Source of the DNA: Thalia democratica | Taxonomy: Eukaryota | Length of the DNA: 64,000 nt | Assembly (NCBI GenBank): GCA_965202585.1 | Contig: OZ241826.1 | Span: forward strand, 93,930,001-93,994,000 | Direction of reading: 5' to 3' | In this document: positions 28,113-41,081 of the stretch, in pieces | Numbering within the stretch: position 1 is the stretch's first letter | Layout: each line of letters begins with the position of its first letter | The notes under the pieces: model-generated | Told to the model about the DNA's origin: nothing | What the model saw: the letters and a program-made list of their open reading frames with translations, nothing else | Databases searched by the model: none | Translations under genes and position numbers: made by a program

Positions 28113-29909
28113 AGTAATTAGGTTCTTATCTTAGTCTACTTTATAATAATACAAAAATATTAAGCATTAAAACAAGATAGTTTATACGATTTTATGTTTT
28201 AAAGCTTATGTAGTTTTATGGCATTTATGTTGCAGATTTTAGTAGTCTTTATAGTGTGTACATGTACTTACTAGTATTGAAATATATCTAAATTAACCTA
28301 AAGCTCAAAAATTGTGACTCATTTTGAAATTTGCACCAGACATTCTTGAATTTATGATACACACCAAAAAAAAGAAAAAAAGATCTTCTATAAGAAAAGT
28401 ATGTAACTGCGTAATATATGCATTAAATTACAAAAATACGTAGTAGCGAATAGTTTTTGTAAATTATCTATAAAAAAAAATTGTATTAGAATTTAAGGCA
28501 CATTTAGACAATTAAATTTCATTTTTATTAACTCTAAGAACACAATAATAGACAGCTTTTTATAAAAGTACACTTGGTATCAGCTATTACTCGATGTTAA
28601 AATAGTAACAATTAAACACAATCCACATAAGGTACGCACCTTTTTTGTACTTAGAAGACGCGTACCTTATCAAATTTCGTACTCCTTATTCTGTTAATTT
28701 CATCTATTCTATTTTTTTTTAAATATGCTACCTTTTTTGTTGTGGTTGTTTCATACACTAAGGTCCAATATCTTTAAGCGTTTACTTTATTTATTTTTAT
28801 TTTTTGTTCGGTGTTAGAAAAACTATTTAAATTTTTCATTTAAAACATACTTGTTTTCAGTCTTATTGTTTTATTTAAAAAGAAATTAGTACAAAAATAC
28901 GAGAAATGTACTATAAACAACCACAAATATTTTAAATTCAACATAGTTCGCATAGGTATTTCTATAAAATACTACCATACAAACTTTTATTTGTTAACAA
29001 TAAATTTTTCGATAATTTAAGTTTGGATATGTTTTGAAATAGAAAAACAATGTATCAAAATACTTATACACATGATTTTTAACTACAAAAATTCAAGCTT
29101 TTTTTTTGATAATTTATAAATGAATAAATAAATAAAAAAATAATTTTTTTAATTTTGGAAAGTTCTCAAAATACTTATATAAAACATACACTTAAATAAA
29201 CTTAATTAAAAACTTAAAATATTACATAGTCAAGTGAGCTAAAAAGAGCATATTTAGTTTCTTCAAACAACTAAGACAGAAAAGCTAAATAAAAAACTTT
29301 TGAAGTTTTTAAAGTTTGTTTCAACAAACTTAAGCGTTTGCTTACTCTATGTACTTATAATTGAAAGAAATATACCAAATCATCAAACACCTAAATGTAA
29401 TAGAAAGCGCTAAACAAATTTTAACTAATTTTCAAAATAGTAAATTTTATTAAGCTTTAATTAACTTTGCTAAATGAGTAGTATGGGTAAACTTGAGAAA
29501 AAAAAACTATGAAATTAAGGTTATATACTTAACCATATTCAATACAACAACCATTAGTTTAATTTTATACTTTATTTAAAAAGGAAGTAGATCAAATTTA
29601 TAAAAGTTTTATAGCCACAAAAACACTTATACTTCAAATATTTACTAGTTCACTGTACTAAGCAAAAGTGAGCAACAGAAGACATATTGAGTTTTTTTTA
29701 ACAATTGAGACGAAAAAACTTTTAAAGTATACACATTTTTTTTCAACTAAGAAAAACACTTGACTATTTTAAAAAAACATTTCAAATGAAAACATATTTA
29801 AAAAAGTCAAAATATATAAAAAAGTAGAATACAAAAATAATAAACGCCTAAATTTCAATAACAACAGAAAGTGCTGAATCAGTTTTATTTACTTCTTAAA
29901 TAGTCAATT

Positions 29910-32166
29910 TTACAAAGCTCTAATGATTTCTGCTAGAGAAGTATCACCAATTTCTTCTTCGTTAAAGAAAAATACTGGATGCTTAATCTCTTCATCTAGT
30001 AGATCTTCGAAAGTTTCAATTTCATCGCCAAGATCTTCAAAATAAACACTATCGTTTGACATCTGGTATAAGTATCCCAATAGAAATCTACTTTCAGCAA
30101 ATTCATCAAGAACTACATGTGTTTCATTGTCATTTAAAAATTTCCTATTCTTATTTGTAGTCACAACAATGTTCTTCGTAATTTTCGTCACTTTATGTAT
30201 ACACCAATTGCTGTTCAAATTGTCCATGTTGATTTTATCTAATTTTAAAACTCTTTTAACGTCGTTTCTGTCATAACACCAGTCTTTATCCAAATCCATA
30301 TCGCCATCAAGTGGAAAACAAACTTGAACCAATGAGCTGTTGATAGCATCTCTTGATAATTCTTCTCCTAATGTTAAATACTTTCCATTTATGTAGGTGG
30401 CGTCTACTGTTCTTAATGTGTTTGAAATTTTCAAAACAACCAGTTTTCTACCATCATCATTATCAAGTTCTTCTTTTAACTTTTTATTCATTTTTGCTGT
30501 TTTAATTTTGTACAACTTTGCATCTCGCATAAAATTTCTTTCATATGTTGATCTGAAGTTTAATTCAAATCTTTTTGTAACAGGAGTTAGCAAGTTTGTA
30601 TTATCAACTGCAAGATATTTAAAATAATTCAAAATTTTTAAGGAAATTGTTAAAATAAATAACTTTATGTTAAATGATTAGTTGAGAATACTTCAATGTG
30701 TTTATCAAACTTATAAAATACTAATAAATATAAGCTTCCAAGCTTTTACGTGTTTTATATATAACTAAAATGAAGAAGTTATAATAACAATATTAAAACT
30801 ACTTTACAAAAGTTGATGTTAATGATACATTTGTTTTAAAAATAAAACAAACAACTTCGAATTAAATTTTATACTTTGTATTAATAACAACATTGTAGAA
30901 ACTAATAGTTAATTTATCAGAATGTATTTAAACTACTTTATTAAAAAATAAAAAGTTTTGCGCAAATAATCTATAGAAAACTTGGCAATGTTATCAGTTT
31001 ACTACATTGTTATTTAAGAAGCCTGTTTTTATATAACTATATTATATTATTATAAGTATATTATTAAATAAGACATAAAATGAATATAATATATATTATG
31101 TATTGACTTCTAGAAAAATTTTTAAATGTTGAAAACAGAAAAAAAAATTAAATAGCTAGTTATAATAAATACCTGTTTCTTTATGGTGTTCAATTGCCTT
31201 ATTGTTATGTCTACTATCTGATGCAATTTTATTTTCTAACTTAGTTGACCGTACTATCACTTCTGTCTTTTCATAATTTGCTATTTTATTTTCTGAATTA
31301 TCATCAATTATTTGCACTTTGTCATTTTCTGAATTGTTTGCATTAGTTTGCAATTTTTCATTCTTTTGCTTATTGTCAGTTTCATTTACATTATCTTGCA
31401 AACTACCCTCATTACTATTTTGTTGCATATTAACACTTTCAGAAGATGTTTTTTTGTTCTTATTTTTGGAATCTTTACCATCTTTAGGTTCTAACAAGTT
31501 TGTGTATAGTTTATACAAATGCTCAGTACCGTTAGCTTTCATTGCACCAATCAGGGACCTTTAAATATAAATGTATTGAAATAAACAAAGAAAATGAAAT
31601 ATTAATTTAATAAAATATTCAAATATACTTGAAATAATACAAAAAACTATTACTAGGGTATTTGCTTTAGTCTATACTAACACTTTAAAACTTTTTAAAA
31701 GTCAGTATATAAAATTGTAAAAACTAATAAACATGTCTGGTTACAAATAAAACTCAACTTAACTAACCAGTATGTTTTATTACTAGGATTTATATATTTC
31801 CAGCTGTTACCAGCATGAGAATCTTCTCTTGGCTTCCAGTACGCTCTCCACTCTCCATTTTCGATGCCAAATGCCTCATTGACTCTCGACTGGTCTATTT
31901 TCTCCCAACCATCATCCTGGTACGAAAAAAAAAGAAGTTTAAGAGTTTCACAATATAGGCTTTAAATTATTTACAAACACCAAGTTAGAAATAGATAAAA
32001 ACAATTTATTTTTAAATACTAAATTGGAGTGTAATACTTTATTGATAAACTTTTAATAAGTTAATTTTATAGAAATTATTTTAATTAAACAATTTTCAAC
32101 TAAATTAAAAAAAATAACTTTTTTTGGTTCCCATCTTTTCCGCTCGACTAATTTCTTTGAAGCCAT
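29910..32166 (-). CDS. Four-exon gene (32166-32119, 31916-31768, 31558-31173, 30607-29910), 426 aa, N-terminal MBD-like domain plus unknown C-terminal domain
   Basis: All three introns are GT-AG (202, 209 and 565 bp) with matching phases 0, 2 and 1. Exon lengths 48+149+386+698 = 1281 nt = 427 codons with no internal stop. The model joins track ORFs 31156-31542 and 29910-30632. Exons 2-3 give GEWRAYWKPREDSHAGNSWKYINPSNKTYWSL. Confidence 0.8.
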
Positions 32167-35100
32167 TGTTATTTTTAATAACTTAAACCTAAACTAAAGA
32201 CATATGGTCTACCCGGTTAAATAAAATTATCTTTTTTTAATTTTAAAGTTAATTTAATTTAATAAAAACATTGTAACTATATTTGGCCTTGTTTTATTGT
32301 TAAAGTTGTTTTTACAAAACATACTTATACTATAACTCAATCAATCATTTTTTCAAATACACAACTTCGTAAATGTAACAACAAGATTACCAATAATTTC
32401 GACAACACCAAGTAATAACTTAATTATTGTTAAATATTTATGTGAATGTTATTAAAAACAAATATTTCTGTAAAAAATAATAAAAGTATATCTTTTAATT
32501 TTTGACCATATAAAATGCATAAAATTTATGAGAATCTTAGATAATTAAATGTTTTCAAAAAAAGTTTTGAAATTTGTTGCAGATTGTTTAAACAGAACAA
32601 TAGACTTAACCATCTAAAAATTTAAACACAAAGACTTGAAAAAAAAAAAAAACTAAATTGTCCTGGACTATACAATAAAAGGTTTGACTCGTGCACCACG
32701 TCCTAAGAACAAACATTTTGAGTGTTTGTTTTGGCGTTGAATAAAATAAATGTTTATGCTAAATATGTTTTAATATTTTTTTTTTTAAACTTTGATACAT
32801 ACATCAATTGTTGGACTATTTAATGAACAGTAAAATGTCTAAATAAAATTAATTTACAAGTTTATCAAAAAAGCAACACAGTTGTTTACAATCTTTAAAT
32901 ATATAGGTTTAGTCATAAAAGTTAAGAATTTTTTTAATGAAAAAGAGCTGTATATGTTAAAATTACATCACAAATTTAGAATACAGGTTTTAGTTATTTA
33001 GAATTATGTTCGTGTTTTAAAATTTACTGGTTTATTCATAATACTTGTAATTTAAATTAAAAATCAAATCTAAATTAGTAAAAGTATCTATGTTAACAAC
33101 ATTTATATATGAAAACTGCATTTCAACTTTTATATAATGTAATTTAAAAAACTTTATTTTAATTGTATAGATGATCTATAAATTTAGTTAAAGTATACAC
33201 TTTTAAATTTATTTTTAAAAGAATAACCCTAAGCAGGGTTCGAAAGCGTTTATAAATACGTAAATTTGTTTCAATTAGTTTGTAAGTTTTTTTATATATA
33301 GATTTTAAACAAAAACTCAAAGTTATGACTAAAAGTGTTAAATGATATGCTATTAATAACGGTAAATACTGTTTAAATTCTAAAGTATATACCTTAGAAT
33401 GTTTTAGATTATTTTTATAAATAATTGACAATGTTATGTTATACTAACACTTATTTTTATATATTTCATTATGTTTGTTATTCCTGAAATAGAGTCAGTA
33501 CTAGCACAAGATAAATAAAATTTTAAAACAAATTCCAAGTTTATAATAATATGTTACTTCGTGAACTTAAATATTAATTAATTTATCAAGTTTACATGTA
33601 TCAATGTTAAAGTTTTTAAACTAACATGCTAAAAAATTCTTTAAATTTAGTTACATATTAAAACAGTAACATCAAACATTTGTACATGCTTAACAGTCGT
33701 TATTATATTTTAGTAAACTATGGGAACAAAAACTTAATTTAGAATAAAATCTTTAAAGTAATTTTTAGTAATTTTTAGTATTTTTTAAGCTGATTTTATA
33801 TAGTTAAGAACTCTAACTTTAATAAAACTAAAAACTGTCAATATTTTATTTTGTTACTACATTTTAAAAATTAGTTAAACAAGTGTCGTGACGTTTACAT
33901 AGTCATTTGACTTACATTTTACAATTATTAACTAAATACAAACAGACTATTTTAAATCTTTATAAAGTACCTAATACAGACTAACTATAGACTTCAAGGA
34001 TAAAGTGAACTACTTATGACACTAGCTAATTTACTTAATATTTTGTCTTAAATCGAAAATGTACTAAAATGGTTGAAACTTAAATTACTTATATAAAATT
34101 AGATTAAAAATTTTTTTCAAAATTCAACTTTATTGTTTTTATACTTCCAATAGATAATACAAAAGTTTTGACACAACATTCTAAAAATAAAAAATAGAAT
34201 TTTATAAAGGTTATAACTTTCATAATAGTTTTCTTAAGTACTAAGACTTTTGTTTGAACAAAACAAATTTACACTCACTACTGAAAACTACTGGTTTTTT
34301 TTGTATTACAGTTTAAATACCATTAGAAGTATAAAAGTTTAAAATCAACAAATAATCTAAGTTATAATAATTATGTCTAATATTAGCTTCTTAAGTTTGA
34401 ATATATACTTTTTTACTAAATATATACTTTTTAGATTTGTTTATATATTTACCAAGGTTTAAACTAGACTTAATTTATAAGCCTTTAATGAGATTTAAAT
34501 TAAACTTTTCGGTGTAAGAATATTTTTAACTTACAACTTTTTGCAAGTATTAAATTTTTATTAATTTATTCGAGTTAAGTTTAAAGAATATGTCACAAAG
34601 TATCTCAGATTTGGAACATAATCAAGCTAAGTTATTTTGTATTATGGAACCTAATAAACACATGTTTGTACTTTTAACACGTTTTTAACACATAAGATGT
34701 TTTTAAAGTTTTAATTTTGTTATTTTAATTTAGATTTATTGCTTAAATTTGTAAATAAAACTGCTCGTAATAAGAATACTATGTTTGTACATATCTGTTA
34801 CAAAATAACTTGAAATTTAATATATTTTATTGTTTAAAAATAAATATTTTCTTATTTGAGCATTTTTTATAACTCGGTATCGGTTAATGATTTAATAATA
34901 AATAACAGTACTAAAAATTACTTAATAAGCAAAGGATCACTTAGTTAAAAGTTTAATAAACTACTTTATAACATTAAAAAACTAATTGTTTATTTATGTT
35001 TATTCATAAACATTTATCTATCAGGTTGTAAAACTAGAAGCTCTAACAGATAAAAAATAACTTTTTTACTGTAATGGTAGAGGTTGTTTAAGAGTTTATA

Positions 35101-35619
35101 AAAGTTATATATAATTAGGTTCAAAACGCAATCATTCGGCTATTCAAAATAGAAAATAGCTCAACAACTGGCTTTGTACAATTACAATTATCTATTTATC
35201 TGTTGAATTTAACTTAAACACATTCATTTATAAGCTAATGAGTTTTTGAAGTCAATTACTTGACTATAAAGATTAAGAACATAATTAAACTTTTCTTGTA
35301 ATTTAACTCATTTAAGTTATTTAAAAGTTTCTTTCAAGATTTTAGTAAATAACACACTGAATCTTTTTAAAGTTTTAAATTAGTTCAAAGCTGATGAAAA
35401 TGTGAATCAGTTAAATATAGCTGTTCAAAAGGAACACAGAAAATAGGTTATTCGAGAATTCCTTATCATTTCTTACAATGCACATCAACTGATTTGACTG
35501 TACGCTTAAAATTAAAATCAATAAAAGTTTGCTGTTTAAATTAAGTTTAAACACAAGGTATTTCAAAGTTTCATTACATACAATTTATTACAAATTATAT
35601 ATTTTTCAATGTTTGCGAC

Positions 35620-35725
35620 TTTCTGTTTTTTACGTCACAGTGATACGCAAACGTCAAGCTTCGAAGTGAACATTTCGCAGTTTGACGTGAAACTGTGTTG
35701 TCAGATTTATAGTGACGTCACATAC
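35620..35725. promoter_or_regulatory. Cluster of CRE/ACGT-core motifs (candidate regulatory element)
   Basis: ttacgtca, aacgtca, tgacgtg and the palindrome gtgacgtcac (35712-35721) fall within about 100 bp of a locally CpG-richer patch. No linked gene was identified. Confidence 0.3.
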
Positions 35726-38700
35726 AATGTTTCCACTGAAATGTGCAAAATTGAGCTGGTCGAGCTGATTTTAATTTACAAAACAACTTTTTATTTTTTA
35801 TTTTTTCAACTTTCAAATTTTTTTTTATGATTTTATTTTCCAGTCTGTATGACATTTACCAACTTTCGCAGCTTTTTTTTAGAAACCTTCTAAATAAATT
35901 AGTACAATTTTTCATAATTGATAACTATCTAAGCTAATCTTTTAGCTATAATTGTACTAACCAAATAGTATTAAGTTTAAAGTTAACAACTATTTAGCTG
36001 TCTACAAAAACTATAAGCTTTAATATTGATATAGTTTTTTAAAATTAAATTTTAAAGTTTACATACAAAATAAAAAACAGAATTTTACATAAACTTTTTT
36101 GCTAGCCGAATTTTTAAGATGAATTGCCTTTCAAATAAATAGTATACAAGCAAATATTAACAAATTTGTATAGATTTTTCGGAACTGTTTACTTCTATGA
36201 GACTTAGTTTTTAAAGCTTCTTTTAAGAGGCTTACCAACTTAGCCAGTATTATTTTTTTTATAATTCAAAAGATAACGTTACTTAATTCTTGTTTTAAAA
36301 ACTATATTGTTTTCTGTTTTCTGCATTTCATCAGAAATGGTTTTAAATTTTTCACTTTTTTGGTAGAAGCTATATTAAATACTAATATGTTAAAACAAAA
36401 AAATAAATAAATGTTTTAGCTAAAAACTTATAAACAATAAACTTTTAAAATGTAAATTTTTATTCGGAGTAATACACAAGATTAGTCAAAAAACTTACTG
36501 GACTTGTATATAAGTGCACCATAGTAGTGATTATTGTAAACTGATGTTAATGAATATGTGTTACCATTTTTTCGAAATGTTTTTAAGTATTAAACAATTT
36601 CTTTTAAATAAATGATTAACTAATCAGTATGAATATTGGCTTTATAGGTAAACTTTTCTAATTTTATAACCAGATTATTTATAATAAAATCATATTTAAG
36701 TTTAAAGCTTGTCCAATTTTGTAAAATAAAATGTTCATGATGAAAACGGATAAATTTTGTTTGATGTTAAAAAAATATTTTCAACACTAGATCAATAATA
36801 TATATTAAGGCATTTTAAACTTTTTATGAAGTTTAAAGCAAGTTGAAGGTCTTTTGTACTTTCAACTTTTTGAAATTTTCTAAAGTTTAAAAAAAAAGAA
36901 TCTAAAGAAATAAGATACGACTAATAATCAAAATTAAGATAATCGAAACCAATGTATCTAAATTAAATTTGTTTTTATTCTTGACAATTATATTGCTATT
37001 GAACTAGCTAATTTAATTACTAAGTTTACTAATTTTGATAACAAAAAACAAAGAATTTAAAAAAATAGTATAACGTAAAAACCTGAAAATTCACTTAATT
37101 CACAATAGATTAAATGTTTTGTACTTTTGCGATACGATTTGAAGAAATGTTTTTAGCAACTTATTTAGACAGTAATACAGATTAGGTTACGTTATAAATA
37201 AATCTAGCATCCAGCTGTAAATTGAATATTAAAGTAATTCATGAGTTTATTTTACTACCTACTGTTAGTTGTTTTTTCTAAATATAGTTTTCTGTACTTG
37301 ACAAGACGTTGAAATGTATTCGTGGTATTTTACTCGATAGCCGAAAAGTGTTTTCACCACGTCAAAAATTTTGAATGCTAATTTTATTTCAGGCAATAAA
37401 CAACATCTTATGTGTAACAATCTATGTTAAAACCTTAAATTTAATTTTTCAAGAAATTGATTTCTAAGTGATAACTTTTTATGATTAGGAAAAGCTTTTC
37501 TGTTCAAAAGTTATAATGTGGTTTATGATTTAATATCTAAGAAACAAATTTTATTTTGTAATTACTATATAATTGCAAACCTTTCTAGAACTTTTAGCTT
37601 TTTATTAGTCCTAGCATAGAAAATAAATAGTCTAAAAAATTTATTAGTATACAGTTTAAATTAATCAAATTTAAAAACCCATATTAGTTGTTAAAATCTT
37701 ACTTATCATATTCCATATTAATAAGTCATTTGAATTAAAATTTTTTAAATTTGTCTTTTATTTATATATGAATGAAACAAGTTAAACACGTATATAACAT
37801 AAGACTAGTTTACATTTTAATTCTAATATAGGTTATCTTTTTTACTCACATCTAAATCAAAATGTTAAACAAAATTATACGTTTATTACCTTCTATCTTT
37901 TTTTCGATTTTTAAACAATTATGTCAAAAGTCTAAAAGTTTTATATTTAAGTTGTTGATAATAATCTATGTCAAATTATTTTTGTATATTACTTTTATAT
38001 AAAACTGATAATATTCAAAATATAAGTATGTTTATCCATGTTTACTAATAATTACAAAACTAATCAAATTATTATTTAAACAGATTAAACATTAATTCAA
38101 CTAAAAAACTTTAATACTTTTAAACTTGCAAAACTTCAAATTATTTTAAGCATTTTTTAGTTGACACATATCCTTTTTAAAAAGATGATTTTGTTAAATT
38201 GGGAAAAAGAGTACTAAAATCAGAAATCAATTTCTTTGTAATTTTTAAATCTAATTTCAAGACATTTAATTATTTCCTTATCGTGATTATTTAAAGACTT
38301 TAGTTAAATTAAAATTTAAACTGAGTATAATTGTTTTATTTATTAACATAGAGAACGTAAATAAAATCACGTATATATTATATTGTCGTAGATACATGCA
38401 AAAACTGAATATATTAAGTAATAATTTTGTAAAAGTAGAACATCGCAGTAAAATGTTTGAAAGTGTGTTAAATTTTAACACTAGGTAAAAGTTTAAGGTT
38501 ACTTTTTTTAAATACGTTTGAGTGGCACTTAAATCAGTATACGTTTTTAGTTGGAACTTTTAAAAAATAATTTACTGATAACTTATTCCACCGTGAGTTT
38601 TAAGAATTGGATCTTTAAAAATCGAATTCAGGTATTGATTTGTTAATTTGAATTTTACGTAAAAAATATTTCTTTGTAACCATTATTAAGTAGTAATTAA

Positions 38701-40427
38701 ATTTTATAAATTTTCAAAACAGCAAAAGCTATTTATTTTTTACAAAACTTTGTTTATTGTTTTTTAAATTCGAATGAAAAATTAACGGACATACTTCAAA
38801 ATTAACTTGAATAAAATACATGTTTTTTAATAGTTTCGCTAGAAAAATAATTAAAAATAAACAAATGTTTATCTAAAACTTTATTGTAGAAACTTTGTTG
38901 TTAAATAAATTTTGTCAGTTAAATTTTATTAAGTAATAAGCTTTCAGTAAATTTTTTTCTTTATTATACTAAAATATCTAAAATCCAACAATTACGTGTA
39001 ATTAACTTAACTGTTATAATTTGCGTGTTGAACTATTTCTAGAATGTATTATCGTATTCTATCATATTAAACACAGCCAAAATAAGTTTGTTAATATATA
39101 CATTATATTGAGTTACAGCAAAACAAAAAAATACCTGTACATTACTTGATTTTTCTTTATTAAACGAGTTATATAAACATTATTTTTAAATTATATATTA
39201 TACAGCAATAACTTTTCTATATGATCCAATTATCTATCATTTTTTATAAACACTAAGAACATTGGAAAAAAATGTTATAGTTGTTTAAACTTAAACTTGA
39301 AAATTCTATAATAAATAGATTACTAGATGTAAGTTAACTAAAATTTTTTATGAATATTTTTTTTTTAAAGTTTCTTTCTTTTAATAATTCTACAAAATTA
39401 ACAAAAACTATGTATCAGTAAAAAAACACACAAATAAATCAAAAAATAACAAATCTGTTGTTTTATATTTAGTTTACATTAAAGACTATGTTTATACTAA
39501 GTTTTTAAAGACCAAAAAAATTAAATATTTTTATAATATATTAAACTTATTGTTAAAAAATAATAGGTCGTCAGAAAATTTAAGCAATTATCAACTTTTA
39601 CTTTTTAGAGTTTTAAATAAAAGTAAATTGTTGATATTAGATATAATTTTAGTTACTATTTTTTGTTAAAAATTGATTTTGTACAAATCATTTTAATTAA
39701 ATCTTTCTATTGACAAGTTACCGCTATCAAATATGTTTAAAAAAAAAACGTTTAAAACTTTATTGCAGATTTATACAATTTTATAGATACTAAAGCAATA
39801 TTTACTTATATGTCAAACTTACAATAAACATTGGTGAGATAAAACAGCTTTTCATTAAAACAAGTTTTATATAGAAGGTTTAAATACAACTGTCATATAT
39901 TGACAAGTCGCATGTAGGTAATTTACTTTTTTGAGGTAACTTAACTCTGAATTGAAACAAACTAGAATTTACATGCATTATTGGCAACTGTTCTGAAATA
40001 GCATGAAGTATCTTTGGCGATGATTAAATACTGCATACATTTTTCTTTTACGTTCAATATAAAGATAACCTTTTGTTAAATAACGTTAAACTTCGGATAT
40101 AAATGCATTACTAAAGAAATTTTAAGTTTTCAATGTTTCCATTAAATTGTTTATAGGATTCGTTTAAATTAATAAATTATAGGGATAGTACTATATTTCT
40201 TATTAAAATTTATCTCTATTTTACTTTAACAAAAAGTTCAAGGGAAGCAACTTAGTTTATTACAAAAAAAAGGTTTCCAACAATAAGACAATTTGCATAT
40301 AATAAAACTTATATAGTAAAAATAATAATGGTAAGTACAGCAATATAGCAGTTTGCGTTTAAATATGTACCAACATATTTTCAAAACTGTACACGAAGGT
40401 TTACTAATCCCAGCTGTTTACTTCATC

Positions 40428-41081
40428 TTATAGTTCTTTTAGTTTTCTGTTAGCTGCGTCTTCTAACTCTTCTGGCAAATCAGGTAACCCGGATGATCCT
40501 CTTTCGTGCGCTTTAGTAGCAATAGAACGAGCTTCATCAACTGAACAAAGTGAACGAAAAAGAAAGTCAGAATAAAATCGCGCAACATCAATTGCAACTG
40601 GATGTGCTGGATTGAGGTTTTTATTCGCTAAATCGACTGCTTTCTCAAAAAGGATTGACGCTTCATTCAGTTCTAGTTCTCTATCTTCCCCCGATGCAAC
40701 ATAATATTTACTTTCATATTGAACAGCTAGAAAGCATTTGTAATCTGCAACAGCCTCGGCATTGGTATCTTTTTTAATCCAATAACTATTTACCAATTCA
40801 ATAGCCTCATCACAAATTGTGTTTGTTTCTGATTGTGCTTTTTGATTTATTTCCCACTTTAGTTTCTGATCTACTTTCGAGTCACCACAGGAAACAAAAG
40901 AACGTTGATATAGTAATTTAAGGTTTTGATAACTGTTGTAAATCATATTTCTTTCTTTAAAATTGAGAGGTGTGCCCATTTTTATTACTTGTTTCATGTA
41001 GCTAATTACATCCTCATTACGATAATTTTCATAACACATTTCAGCAAGAGACACTAATTCACTTCTATCAAACTGAGACAT
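40428..41081 (-). CDS. Highly divergent, intronless 14-3-3-like protein (217 aa, last helix truncated)
   Basis: Colinear with 14-3-3: DRSELVSLAE..., YMKQV...PLNFKERNM..SYQN, ICDEAIELV, LNPAHPVAI, A.SIA.KA. The functional status is uncertain. Confidence 0.8.
   Translation of the reverse strand: MSQFDRSELVSLAEMCYENYRNEDVISYMKQVIKMGTPLNFKERNMIYNSYQNLKLLYQRSFVSCGDSKVDQKLKWEINQKAQSETNTICDEAIELVNSYWIKKDTNAEAVADYKCFLAVQYESKYYVASGEDRELELNEASILFEKAVDLANKNLNPAHPVAIDVARFYSDFLFRSLCSVDEARSIATKAHERGSSGLPDLPEELEDAANRKLKEL

Noticed and set aside
37280-37380. GC-richer patch considered as a tRNA or SINE
   Set aside because: No cloverleaf and no A/B box consensus.
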